Shown: positions 27,349 to 37,028, counted from the stretch's first letter. The stretch: DNA of 64,000 nucleotides from Candidatus Collierbacteria bacterium GW2011_GWB2_45_17 (GCA_001001485.1 LCKO01000002.1:47567-111566), one strand, 5' to 3'. The notes: generated from the letters alone by a model not told the origin. Numbers and translations: made by a program.

Positions 27349-27391
27349 GTCATTGCGAGGAGGTATTCCGACGTGGCAATCTCACTCCACC
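27349..27391 (+). repeat. Family A mini-element copy A5 (gtcattgcgaggaggtattccgacgtggcaatctcactccacc); 3' end supplies last codons and stop of gene 27382..27744
   Basis: 41/43 nt identical to lepA-internal copy at 62870. Confidence 0.85.
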
Positions 27392-27744
27392 TCTTTTTTC
27401 GGCCTTGTCTTCATCAAATATATTTCCAAAGAAATCAAGAGCCCCAGTATCAGCACCCCATTCATCACCGACCCTAGTCCCAAAACTCTCATTTGTAGAA
27501 ATGCCGTTATCCCAAGAGTCCATCGCAATGCTGCTTGAGCCGACATCAGCAAGATAGACAACAGCCAAAAAATGCCTCCCATCACGAGCATCATCATCGG
27601 AAAATAACTTCCGGGAATAATCATATTTTTCATTGTCTCCGGATCCACTTTCCAAACGACGAAGCCAATCACCAACCAATTCAACACCGCAAAAAACACC
27701 AACCATCCATATCTCTTCTTCTGTCGGTGTTTGTTTACTTCCAT
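27382..27744 (-). CDS. Small multi-TM membrane protein (120 aa)
   Basis: 3 hydrophobic helices; preferred over overlapping alternative frame 27350..27706. Confidence 0.4.
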   Translation of the reverse strand: MEVNKHRQKKRYGWLVFFAVLNWLVIGFVVWKVDPETMKNMIIPGSYFPMMMLVMGGIFWLLSILLMSAQAALRWTLGITAFLQMRVLGLGSVMNGVLILGLLISLEIYLMKTRPKKEVE

Positions 27745-27776
27745 CTACTCAATTTAACCACACTATATAATGAACT

Positions 27777-28760
27777 ATGTCTTCCGATACCCTGATCATT
27801 GTTTCCTTCCTCGCCATCGGCCTGCTTTTAGTTTACCTTCTTCTCAAACAGAAGCTCGAAGCTCAGAAAACCGATCCGACTCTCAACGCTTGGCTCAAGT
27901 CCCTCCAGCAGTCTTTCGACACGACGAACCGTACCACCAACGCCTCTCTTCAGCAAAACTACCGCGAGCTCTTCGCCCGTCTCGATCAGGCTACCGCCGT
28001 CATTAGTGACCTCAAGAAAGAAGCCGGCGCCTTCGGCGAGGTCAGCCGCTCCATGAAAGATCTCCAAGATTACTTGAAGTCTCCCAAACTGAGGGGCAAC
28101 ATCGGTGAACAAGTCCTCAAAGACCTCATCGGCCAGATGTTCCCCAAAAATAGTTTTCATCTTCAATATCATTTTAAGGATGGCTCCATCGTCGATGCCG
28201 CCATCAAAACTCAAGCCGGCATCCTTCCGATCGACTCCAAGTTTCCCATGGAAAACTTCCAAAAAATCTACTCGGCAACTTCGGCTACCGACAAAGCCGC
28301 CGCTCGCAATGCCTTCATTCGCGATGTCAAAAAACACATCAAAGATATCTCCGGCAAGTACATTCTGCCGGAAGAAGGCACTCTCGACTTTGCACTTATG
28401 TACATTCCCTCAGAAACCATTTTTTACGAGATAGTCAACGAACAAGAGCTTATGGATCTGGCCCGCGACTCCCGTGTCTATCCTGTCTCGCCCACCACTC
28501 TCTATGCCCACCTTCAGACCATTCTTCTGTCTCTCGAAGGCCAGAAAATCGCCGGCAAAACCTCCGAAGTTTTTACTCTCCTAAGAGCCGTTCAAAAAGA
28601 CTACGAAAAGCTCAACGAAAACTTTGTTCTCATGGGTAAACACCTAACCAACGCCTACAACTCTTTAGGTAGTACCTCCCAAACCATGAACCAGATCGGC
28701 ACCAAGCTCGACTCCGCTCGCCAGCTCAAAACCGGCCTCCTAGAGGATACAGAGATATAA
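27777..28760 (+). CDS. rmuC: DNA recombination protein RmuC
   Basis: N-terminal TM, long coiled-coil, C-terminal RmuC block (ILPIDSKFP..LMYIPSETIFYEI). Confidence 0.8.
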   Translation: MSSDTLIIVSFLAIGLLLVYLLLKQKLEAQKTDPTLNAWLKSLQQSFDTTNRTTNASLQQNYRELFARLDQATAVISDLKKEAGAFGEVSRSMKDLQDYLKSPKLRGNIGEQVLKDLIGQMFPKNSFHLQYHFKDGSIVDAAIKTQAGILPIDSKFPMENFQKIYSATSATDKAAARNAFIRDVKKHIKDISGKYILPEEGTLDFALMYIPSETIFYEIVNEQELMDLARDSRVYPVSPTTLYAHLQTILLSLEGQKIAGKTSEVFTLLRAVQKDYEKLNENFVLMGKHLTNAYNSLGSTSQTMNQIGTKLDSARQLKTGLLEDTEI

Positions 28761-28769
28761 TATATAGAA

Positions 28770-29609
28770 ATGGTCAAAATACTATCAAAGGTTGAAGCAA
28801 TCAAATTATTGGGATTAGACGACAAAACATTTGAAAATTACTTCAAGAACGCAAGAGAATTTTTCTGTCTTCCTAGAAAAGGGAAAGAAAGATTTCGATT
28901 CGACGAGGACGAGTTAAAGCACTGGAAGAAGGACTTAATATGGCGTACTATAAATCTCAACTTTGAAGACTACGCCACTTGCCTAGATTTTGCTTTAGCT
29001 CAACATTTTCGAAAATATGTTGGTTCTGACTGGGGAACATCTAGACAAAGAGAATTTGGCCAAAAAATCACAAATTGGGTTAAGGGTCAATTGGGCGAAA
29101 TTGCCGTACAAAAATTTTTCAATAGGGAATTTGGAAAAGAAATTGAACTTGATTTCGATATTCACCCAAAGATAGTTCCCCAAGATATTATTGGAGTTTT
29201 AGAAAATCGTAAAATGAGAAAACCAAAAATAGGTGTTGGTATTAAATCTTCAAAACCAAAAAGTGCCTTTCTTGTTCTTGGAGACAAAGAGATTAAACTT
29301 AAGGAGAGGAGGTCGGATATCTATATTTATTGCCGACCAGATATCCCAGATGACCACCTTCTAAGATTGACAAAGGATTTGATCGTCAAAGCGGTAAAAG
29401 ACAAGCCACTATTCTCGAAATATAAGGACCTGCTTCCTGATTTTAATGATATTCCTTGTGAAGTAGTTGGTTGGTGTAGATACAAGGAGCTAGAAGAAGT
29501 ATCTTCCATTCCTGGGCAGGCTTTTGATAATGGAACAAGGTTTGTAAAAAAATCTGGTGAACTACACAAGAGTAAATCAGATTGGAAAAAACTTATCCAG
29601 CAACTATAG
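28770..29609 (+). CDS. Hypothetical protein; candidate restriction endonuclease partner of adjacent C5-MTase (by position only)
   Basis: Convergent with and 17-nt overlapping the 3' end of the m5C MTase gene; AT-rich by eye; no motif confidently recognised. Confidence 0.3.
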   Translation: MVKILSKVEAIKLLGLDDKTFENYFKNAREFFCLPRKGKERFRFDEDELKHWKKDLIWRTINLNFEDYATCLDFALAQHFRKYVGSDWGTSRQREFGQKITNWVKGQLGEIAVQKFFNREFGKEIELDFDIHPKIVPQDIIGVLENRKMRKPKIGVGIKSSKPKSAFLVLGDKEIKLKERRSDIYIYCRPDIPDDHLLRLTKDLIVKAVKDKPLFSKYKDLLPDFNDIPCEVVGWCRYKELEEVSSIPGQAFDNGTRFVKKSGELHKSKSDWKKLIQQL

Positions 29610-30876
29610 CTGGCTGAAAAACAAACATCTCTTCTTGATTCGATGAAACCTTTTCATTTTTACGTTTGTCTGTGATGTTCGCATAAACCCAATCATAATT
29701 TACCCCGGCAAATGTTTTTAATACTGCCTCCGAAATAATTTTAGCGGCTTTTGGCGGTACAGCCATTCCAATTTGTTTTCTTACGCTTTCTTTTGAACCT
29801 TCAAACACGAAATTGTCGGGAAAGGTTTGAATCCTTGCTCTTTCTCTGTTTGTTAAGGCTCTGTTTTCACTCCAATGATATCCGTGCGTTCCCCCACCTC
29901 CACTTCCAGTAATTGTATATGACGGTTTATCTTGGTGGAGCCTTTTATAGATTTGGCTTAATTTTGCCCCTTTTACATTCAGCTGTAGATATTTAGGAAT
30001 TGCTGAGTACCAAGCATTTTCACCTGGAGGTATATACTTTAATCTTTCTTCGACAATTTTTGATTGTGCGGTCATTTCGTTATTGGGAGCGTCTCTTTCA
30101 ATCGGAGGATTTTCTATGGCGTACTTAGCTGAAATATATTTGTTTGCGGATATGGGCGCTGGAACTCTAAATTCCAACCCCAAATCTTTTCTAATTCCTA
30201 TTATTACCACTCTGTGACGAGTTTGTGGTACCCCGTACTCTTCGAATTTATATTGATGTGCCGTAATTCTGTATCCTTCTCCAGCGTCTTCTAGATCCTC
30301 CAATATTTTTTCAAAGGCCCTACCACCATTGGCACTCTGCAGGCCACTAACATTTTCAGCCATAAACCACTTTGGATTATGTATATTTATGGCTTTGACA
30401 CCAAAGTTATACAAGGGGCCAAATTTTCCATTGAAGCCTTTTTGCTCGCCTACAACACTAAAATCATTGCATGGAAACCCAAAAGCCAAAACATCAAACG
30501 ACGGAACTTTTCTGAAATCAATTGTTTCGACCGGAGCACAAACTACTTTTGACATGTCACCGTGATGGATATTTTTTGCGTATGTTTTACACGTATTCTC
30601 ATCTATGTCATTCGCCCAAACAGGCTCAATTTCGTATATACTACCCGTTGAGTCAACAATCCTCGATGATTTTGCTCCAAAGGATAATCCTCCGGGGCCA
30701 CAAAATAGTTCAGCAAGTCTAAACTTTGTCGAATTGTTTTTTTGAATTCTATCAGCTTTCACAAGATTAAACATTCGTATAATATTTGGATATATATTAA
30801 GTAAAGCAGAATAGAAATCACGTGTCAAGCGGCACGCCGTTTGGCCAGCAGTGATTTTTGAATTCGCAAGTGGCAC
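29593..30876 (-). CDS. DNA (cytosine-5)-methyltransferase
   Basis: Motif I FCGPGG, motif IV GFPCNDFS, ENV motif FMAENVSGL; real start possibly internal Met (MFNLVK) removing overlap with upstream helicase. Confidence 0.85.
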   Translation of the reverse strand: MPLANSKITAGQTACRLTRDFYSALLNIYPNIIRMFNLVKADRIQKNNSTKFRLAELFCGPGGLSFGAKSSRIVDSTGSIYEIEPVWANDIDENTCKTYAKNIHHGDMSKVVCAPVETIDFRKVPSFDVLAFGFPCNDFSVVGEQKGFNGKFGPLYNFGVKAINIHNPKWFMAENVSGLQSANGGRAFEKILEDLEDAGEGYRITAHQYKFEEYGVPQTRHRVVIIGIRKDLGLEFRVPAPISANKYISAKYAIENPPIERDAPNNEMTAQSKIVEERLKYIPPGENAWYSAIPKYLQLNVKGAKLSQIYKRLHQDKPSYTITGSGGGGTHGYHWSENRALTNRERARIQTFPDNFVFEGSKESVRKQIGMAVPPKAAKIISEAVLKTFAGVNYDWVYANITDKRKNEKVSSNQEEMFVFQPAIVAG

Positions 30877-33800
30877 AGGTGGTGTAGACTGTAGTCCGGT
30901 CGAACTTTAGCTTCCGAATATCGGCCACCGAAGCTTTGATCACTTCTTTCAGCTCGCCCACTTCCTCCTCCGTGATATTAAAGTGTTCCCTTTTGAAAAC
31001 TCCTCCCTTATCCGGCTCGATAAAGTCGATCACTGACTGGACCACTTTGTATTTGAAGGATTTGTCCAAGTCAGCCAGTATGGTATAGAAAACCAGCTGA
31101 CGCTTGTAATCCCCATCGGAATTTTTGGTATTCCCCTCTATCTCATTCCTACTTTTGGGAGCCCCTGTCTTGTAGTCCGTAAATCGAACGTGTTTATCCT
31201 CCTTACTCGTCAGATCTATCCTATCCGCCTTTCCCGACAGGGGAATATCACCGAGCATTACTGAAGAAGATAGCGAGTCTCCAAATTTCTTCTCGGTAAA
31301 TAGACTCGGCTCAAACTCTTTCTCGTATCGATCATAGTATGCCGATAATATTTCTCTCCCGTGTTCCAATCGTGTCTTGTACTCTGCTTCCGTCAGCACT
31401 TCTCTCGCGAGAGCCACTTCAAAGTCCCGCAGGAAATCTTTTTTGGATTCCAGCTTCTCACCGTTATTCAGCCCCAAATATAGTCGTTCCAGAGCAAAGT
31501 GAACCGCTGTTCCAAAACACATGGGCGGTGCCTTCGCTCGCGGAATCTTGTAGAGGTTATCCAGCTTAAATTTATACGGACACTTGAGAAACGTATTTAA
31601 AGCCGTCGGGCTAAGCTTAAAGTCTTTGATGATTTGCAGTAGATACTCTTTCTCACCCTCGTGAATGGTCGGAGCTATTGGTACTTGCATTAGAGAGGCC
31701 AGAATCTTGGCCGCTTTTTTCTCCAGTCCTAACGTTTTAATTTTCTTTATTGTTTCTTTTGGCAGGTCTGAGAGAAACAGGGATGGATACACCATCTTTA
31801 CCGAAGAGCTGTACTTGGTAGAGCCTACTATATATAGCTCCTGCTTCGCCCGCGTCATGGCGACATAAAAAAGTCTTCGCTCCTCCGCATTCTTATCCTC
31901 CTTACTCACATCCTGCTCGTTGATGATTCCCGGTGGCAATTTGATCATCTGGCGCCTGCTGGTATTTCCCCAGTGAGTATCGGCGAAGCGATAAATGTAA
32001 ACCAGTTTCCACTCCAAGCCCTTGGCCTTGTGCGCCGTTGTCAGGGTTACGGCTTTGGTATCCGACACTAGTGTTTGCTCCGGCAGTTTCAGCCCGTTCT
32101 CTTCCATAATTCCAAGGTTAAAAACATAGCCAAAAATATCTAGACCAGAAGTTGCCGCCGCTTGTGCCTTAACATCTTCATAGAGAGTGCCAAAACGATT
32201 TAACTCGATGATCGGCTGGGGGAGAGCCAGAACATAATCAAGGAGCCCCGATTCTTGAAAAATAATCTGAAACATCTCCGGCAGAGTGTGAGAGGCCGAG
32301 CGCGAGTTCCACGACACCAGCAGATTAAACTTCTCTATCAATTCTCTATCAATCTCCGGATGAGCGTCTTGCAGGCTGTCCACCAACGTCTTTCTATTCT
32401 CGTGTGCATATCTGGCTGCTCTTAAAATAGGTAGTGGCTTGAGACCTAAATACGGATAATTCAAAATAGTAAAGAGGTCAATATCATCTACCGGACCCTG
32501 TAAACCGGTCACTACTTTGAGAATCTTCAGAAACTGGCCGACCAAAGGTGTTCTCAGCACATCCGTGCCCCCTTCCAAACGATACGGAATATTTTTTTGT
32601 TTGAAGATATTTATCAGATTATCGATATCTCTGTTTTCTTTGACGATGACCGCCATCTCTTCCGGCGGGATACCTTTCTTTATCTTTTGTTTTATCGACC
32701 GGCAAACAAATTCATCTTCCAGTACGGACGAGCTAAATTTGGCCGTCTTCACCAGCACGTCCCGATATTTCACTTTGGGGTTTAAGGGTGTTTCTCCCAT
32801 AAGGGCGGCGGAAGACTGCAGTAGACTCGGCGTCGAGCGGTAGTTATCTACCAGCTTGACCGAGGTGTGTCCCGGAAATCTTTTTTCAAAGGCCAACAAG
32901 TTTTCTTTACTGGCTCCCTGAAAACGGAAGATGGAATTATGAACGACAATGCCATTGGCTATAAAATTGTGAGAGGGGGTGACTTCGAGGTCAAAAACGG
33001 TTTTCACCTTGATTTCTTCAGTTCTGGAAATTATTTTTTCATATTTAATTTCAAACCCATTTAATACTGGTAAATAATTTCCTATGAGCAGGTTGCCCAT
33101 TTGCATGACTCTTGCAGATCTATGTTGAATTGAATTAGTTCCAATGCTTGACTTTATATCGATAAAGCCAGGCAACTCTCTTTCAAGGTTTTCTGCGATA
33201 CTGAACAATTGTTTTATATCTGTTGAGGTAATCCTAAAACCCTTGCCAATATTTTTGTTTTTCAATTTGAATCCTAATTTAGATAGCTTATCTAACACTT
33301 TTTTATTTGATGTTTGGATATTAATTTCGTGAAGAACCTCTGGGTGTTCAAGAAGACCGACCTTGGCATATTTAGTCCTGTAGCTTCTAGAGCACATCAT
33401 AAAGTTAATCTTCACCCTCCCTTTTCCAAGTGTGGTGGCCTCTCTTGAGTAGTGAGGCTCCATGAGATTTATTCCCAAATCATCGGCCAGTCTTTTTGCA
33501 TTCGAAAGTGTATCAAATTCTGCAAAAATTACCTTTATGTATTCCTGAGAAACTTTACCTCCTCGCGGTTGAAACACTATGGTAGGAATCTGATATTTTA
33601 GAGAATAGATTGTTTCTGCACAGCGAGCTTCCCATTCAGTATTATGTGAGGCGATTCCAACGATTTTATCTGCACCAGATTCCGTTTTAAGTCTAATCGA
33701 CAGACCCCTGGTAATTCCCAAACGCCAACCAACTCCTTCCTTGAACATCAGATAGTTGTACCAATAGCTGGTTTCTTCTCTCGGTGGAATGTAACAGAAC

Positions 33801-34906
33801 ATCTTGTGGTTATCGGTAGCGGTAACAGTTTTACCAGATTCTGTTGTTAGGGTGATTAGTCTTACCTTTTTGGTTTGGGAAAAAACGTTTGTAACCTTAA
33901 TGTATGAGGTATATCCTTTTCCGACGGCAGACAATACAGATTCCCCAATTTGTATATCCTTAATATTTTTTTCTCCTCCTGCTGTATTTATCTTCGTGTC
34001 GCCAGGAAGGCATTGATTGTTGTCTCCCACACAAAAAATATTTGACCTTTCTCCCCAGAAAGACGACAGAGCAAACACCAATCTATTTTGTGCCGAGTTC
34101 GTATCCTGATACTCGTCTACCAGAATGTACTGAAAATTTTCTTCGTATTGTTGTAAAAAATCCGCATCATTTTCAAACGCCTCTACCACCCAATTGATCA
34201 TGTCCTCGAAATCCAGTCTCCCCAATGCTTTTAATTTCTCCTGATATTTTTCGTAGATAAAAAGGAGATCAATATTCTTATTTACCAGCGTTTCCCTTTC
34301 GGTTCTCGCCGTCTTGCTCATTCCCCCTTTCTCTATCTCAAACTCGTCTTTGAGTATCGACACCAGCTCGGAAAACTTCTTCAAAGTAATTCCTTCTCTC
34401 TTGAGGATTGAGATACTGCCGATAATATCCTTGACATACATCAGGGGTGCATTGACGGGCTTCAAGAGTTTAAAAGAATTTTTTTCCAGAACTTCGGAAA
34501 TGAGATTGACTCTTTCCAGCTCTGTCACGTTCTGCATTCCCGCCGGCCTAGCAAACCTGTCCGGATTGTCGGCAATGATCTCATTACACAGTGCATGAAA
34601 GGTGCCGATCTTCACATAGTACCCGTCCTGACCGATAAGGCTGATGAGACGTTCCTTCATTTCTCTTGCCGCCGCATCGGTGTAGGTTAGGGCAAGAATT
34701 GAGGATGGTTCGGTATCGGTTTCTTTGAGAATATTGGCAATTCGTACCGTCAGTACTTGCGTTTTCCCGGTACCCGGACCGGCCAGCACCAGTACCGGCC
34801 CTTCGATACTATCGACGGCTTTTTTCTGAGTCGGATTTAATTTTCGATAAGCGGATTCAAAGGCAACCGTTACAGGCATGCCTAATTGTATATCGAAAAA
34901 AGTCAT
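30818..34906 (-). CDS. UvrD-family helicase fused to C-terminal PD-(D/E)XK / Cas4-like Fe-S nuclease, interrupted by an intein (1362 aa precursor)
   Basis: Walker A AGPGTGKT, motif II LVDEYQDTN, motif III split VGDNNQ|intein|SIFRFQGA; C-terminal Cys4 (C..CATCEFKNHC). Confidence 0.85.
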   Translation of the reverse strand: MTFFDIQLGMPVTVAFESAYRKLNPTQKKAVDSIEGPVLVLAGPGTGKTQVLTVRIANILKETDTEPSSILALTYTDAAAREMKERLISLIGQDGYYVKIGTFHALCNEIIADNPDRFARPAGMQNVTELERVNLISEVLEKNSFKLLKPVNAPLMYVKDIIGSISILKREGITLKKFSELVSILKDEFEIEKGGMSKTARTERETLVNKNIDLLFIYEKYQEKLKALGRLDFEDMINWVVEAFENDADFLQQYEENFQYILVDEYQDTNSAQNRLVFALSSFWGERSNIFCVGDNNQCLPGDTKINTAGGEKNIKDIQIGESVLSAVGKGYTSYIKVTNVFSQTKKVRLITLTTESGKTVTATDNHKMFCYIPPREETSYWYNYLMFKEGVGWRLGITRGLSIRLKTESGADKIVGIASHNTEWEARCAETIYSLKYQIPTIVFQPRGGKVSQEYIKVIFAEFDTLSNAKRLADDLGINLMEPHYSREATTLGKGRVKINFMMCSRSYRTKYAKVGLLEHPEVLHEINIQTSNKKVLDKLSKLGFKLKNKNIGKGFRITSTDIKQLFSIAENLERELPGFIDIKSSIGTNSIQHRSARVMQMGNLLIGNYLPVLNGFEIKYEKIISRTEEIKVKTVFDLEVTPSHNFIANGIVVHNSIFRFQGASKENLLAFEKRFPGHTSVKLVDNYRSTPSLLQSSAALMGETPLNPKVKYRDVLVKTAKFSSSVLEDEFVCRSIKQKIKKGIPPEEMAVIVKENRDIDNLINIFKQKNIPYRLEGGTDVLRTPLVGQFLKILKVVTGLQGPVDDIDLFTILNYPYLGLKPLPILRAARYAHENRKTLVDSLQDAHPEIDRELIEKFNLLVSWNSRSASHTLPEMFQIIFQESGLLDYVLALPQPIIELNRFGTLYEDVKAQAAATSGLDIFGYVFNLGIMEENGLKLPEQTLVSDTKAVTLTTAHKAKGLEWKLVYIYRFADTHWGNTSRRQMIKLPPGIINEQDVSKEDKNAEERRLFYVAMTRAKQELYIVGSTKYSSSVKMVYPSLFLSDLPKETIKKIKTLGLEKKAAKILASLMQVPIAPTIHEGEKEYLLQIIKDFKLSPTALNTFLKCPYKFKLDNLYKIPRAKAPPMCFGTAVHFALERLYLGLNNGEKLESKKDFLRDFEVALAREVLTEAEYKTRLEHGREILSAYYDRYEKEFEPSLFTEKKFGDSLSSSVMLGDIPLSGKADRIDLTSKEDKHVRFTDYKTGAPKSRNEIEGNTKNSDGDYKRQLVFYTILADLDKSFKYKVVQSVIDFIEPDKGGVFKREHFNITEEEVGELKEVIKASVADIRKLKFDRTTVYTTCATCEFKNHCWPNGVPLDT
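32936..34012 (-). mobile_element. Intein (359 aa) inserted in helicase motif III
   Basis: Starts CLPGDTKI right after VGDNNQ, block B TATDNH, ends NGIVVHN followed by S; excision restores VGDNNQSIFRFQGA. Confidence 0.8.
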
Positions 34907-34980
34907 TCCTTATTATTTATTTACCGTACCCCCCCCCCACAGTGCTTGTCAAGCTATTATTGATATAAAATATCTACACA

Positions 34981-36441
34981 GTGAAACAACAAGAACTAGG
35001 CGAATTACTGGAATATTTACTCTCACAACCAGGGGAATCTGAATGGATCGAATTCAAACATAATAATTATTCCCCAGATGATCTCGGAGAATATATCTCA
35101 GCCTTATCCAATTCAGCCTGTTTACTCGATAAACCGCGGAGCTATCTGATTTTCGGAATTGAAGACAAAACGAAAAAAGTTGTGGGAACAAATTTCAATC
35201 CAAATAAAGAAAAAGTAAGGAATCAAGAGTTATTGAATTGGCTGGATACTCAACTCCGTCCAAGCATACAGTTTACATTTAGCGTATTCTCAGAGCAAAA
35301 AACAGGATACCAAATTGTAATAATTGAAATTCACCCTGCCCCTGGTAGCCCAATTAAGTTCAAAACCGAAAGTTACATTAGAGTTGGAACATATAAAAAG
35401 AAATTAAGAGACCACGCGGGGTTAGAGAGAAGATTGTGGGAAAAATTGAACCGAAAAGATTTTGAATCACAATTAGCAACAGAGAACATTTCTTCAAGCG
35501 ACGTGCTCCGTATAATTGATTATCCAAGTTTCTTTGACATGTTAAATATACCCTTACCAGCAGACAGGGAGAGCATTCTATCTAAATTAGAAGAGGAGAG
35601 AATGATAGCTCGGAGAGGGAAATCATGCGATATTACAAATTTAGGAGCAATTCTATACGCCAAGAAACTAAGTTATTTCGAACATTTGGATAGAAAATCA
35701 ATTAGAGTAATAATATACAAAGGAGGAAACAGAAATGAATCAGCAAAGGAGCAAATTGGATTAAAGGGATATGCTACAGGCTTTGAGGGTCTTATAAGTT
35801 ATATTAACGATCAGATTCCTGCAAACGAACTAATTGGTCAGGCCATAAGAGTCAACACAAAAATGTATCCCGAGATTGCCATCAGGGAATTGGTTGCAAA
35901 CACATTGATTCACCAAGACCTTTCAATTAAAGGATCGTCCCCATTAATTGAAATATTCAACGATAGGATAGAATTCTCAAACCCAGGGAAACCCTTAATT
36001 GACACACTTCGTTTTCTAGATCATGCACCTCAAAGCAGAAATGAAAAAATCGCAAAAATGATGAGACGGGTTGGTATATGTGAAGAAAGAGGAAGTGGAA
36101 TTGACAAGGTTATTATCCAAACAGAACTCTATCAACTTCCTGCTCCAGAATTTGAAGTTGGAGATAGTTTCACAAGAGTAATTTTATTCGCTCATAAAAC
36201 ATTTTCGGAGATGGGGAAAAAGGATAGAATTCGTGCCGCATACCAACATTCATGTTTGAGATATGTTTCGAATCAACAAATGACAAACGAAAGTTTACGT
36301 AAGAGGTTCAATATTAGTGACAAGAATTATCCAATAGCCTCAAGAATTATTAACGAAGCTGTAGACGCTAAACTCGTAAAACCATTTGACCTTGAGTCAA
36401 AATCTAGGAAATACGCACGATATATACCTTTTTGGGCTTGA
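34981..36441 (+). CDS. AlbA_2 (divergent AAA / Schlafen-like DNA-binding) + HATPase_c_4 domain protein, RecG-C-terminal-like putative regulator
   Basis: N-term SEWIEFKHNNYSP..ISALSNSACLL..YLIFGIEDKTKKVVGT typical of AlbA_2; C-terminal HATPase_c_4-like region; AT-rich by eye. Confidence 0.6.
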   Translation: MKQQELGELLEYLLSQPGESEWIEFKHNNYSPDDLGEYISALSNSACLLDKPRSYLIFGIEDKTKKVVGTNFNPNKEKVRNQELLNWLDTQLRPSIQFTFSVFSEQKTGYQIVIIEIHPAPGSPIKFKTESYIRVGTYKKKLRDHAGLERRLWEKLNRKDFESQLATENISSSDVLRIIDYPSFFDMLNIPLPADRESILSKLEEERMIARRGKSCDITNLGAILYAKKLSYFEHLDRKSIRVIIYKGGNRNESAKEQIGLKGYATGFEGLISYINDQIPANELIGQAIRVNTKMYPEIAIRELVANTLIHQDLSIKGSSPLIEIFNDRIEFSNPGKPLIDTLRFLDHAPQSRNEKIAKMMRRVGICEERGSGIDKVIIQTELYQLPAPEFEVGDSFTRVILFAHKTFSEMGKKDRIRAAYQHSCLRYVSNQQMTNESLRKRFNISDKNYPIASRIINEAVDAKLVKPFDLESKSRKYARYIPFWA

Positions 36442-36445
36442 GAAC

Positions 36446-36539
36446 TCTTATGTAATCAGATATGTGAAGAATGCAAGCCATTATAATTTTAGATTGACTT
36501 ATCAATCAAATCTTATGTAACAGATATGTAACCAGATAT
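36446..36539 (+). repeat. Imperfect direct repeats (tcttatgtaa[t]cagatatgt[g/a]a) 65 bp apart plus third partial cagatat copy, intergenic
   Basis: Read directly at 36446-36470 and 36511-36533; third cagatat at 36533. Confidence 0.5.
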
Positions 36540-36570
36540 ATCTCTCCTCGACCAACCATCGCAGTCAACC

Positions 36571-36960
36571 CTATTTCTCTTTCTTGAAAACCTTCATCAT
36601 TCCCTTGCTTTGAACAAAACCAAAGGCAACCGCCAGAAGTAGGCCTACCCACCAGCCGGAAATACCCAGTCCAAACTGTTCCGAGAATCTGGTAATCACC
36701 CACACTCCCACAAAATTTATTGCCAAGTAGCCGATCATCCATTCCTTGGTCGTGAGTGCTCTACCCAGCATTTTTTGTTTCCACTCAAACAGGGGTACAG
36801 CCAAGGTCCCGATCAAAGTCAACATCACCATACTGTGGAAGACAGCCCACCACAAATTTGAGTTGGCGTTCCCCAACACTACTTGGGCCGGAAAGAGGGC
36901 ATTGGCAATCAGAATTACTAAACTATTAAGGACCAATGAGACAAAAAAAGTAGGTGTCAT
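36571..36960 (-). CDS. Small 4-TM membrane protein (129 aa)
   Basis: ORF track; hydrophobic helices; no family assigned. Confidence 0.3.
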   Translation of the reverse strand: MTPTFFVSLVLNSLVILIANALFPAQVVLGNANSNLWWAVFHSMVMLTLIGTLAVPLFEWKQKMLGRALTTKEWMIGYLAINFVGVWVITRFSEQFGLGISGWWVGLLLAVAFGFVQSKGMMKVFKKEK

Positions 36961-37028
36961 TTGTCGTAAAAATTACTAATAATTCAGTCTAGCACAACCA
37001 AACCAAAGTCTTTTGCTATATTTAATCA

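Noticed and set aside
27350-27706. Alternative 118-aa ORF overlapping the membrane-protein gene in another frame
   Set aside because: Its composition is not protein-like. The 27382..27744 frame encodes three clean TM helices and ends in the repeat-provided stop codon.
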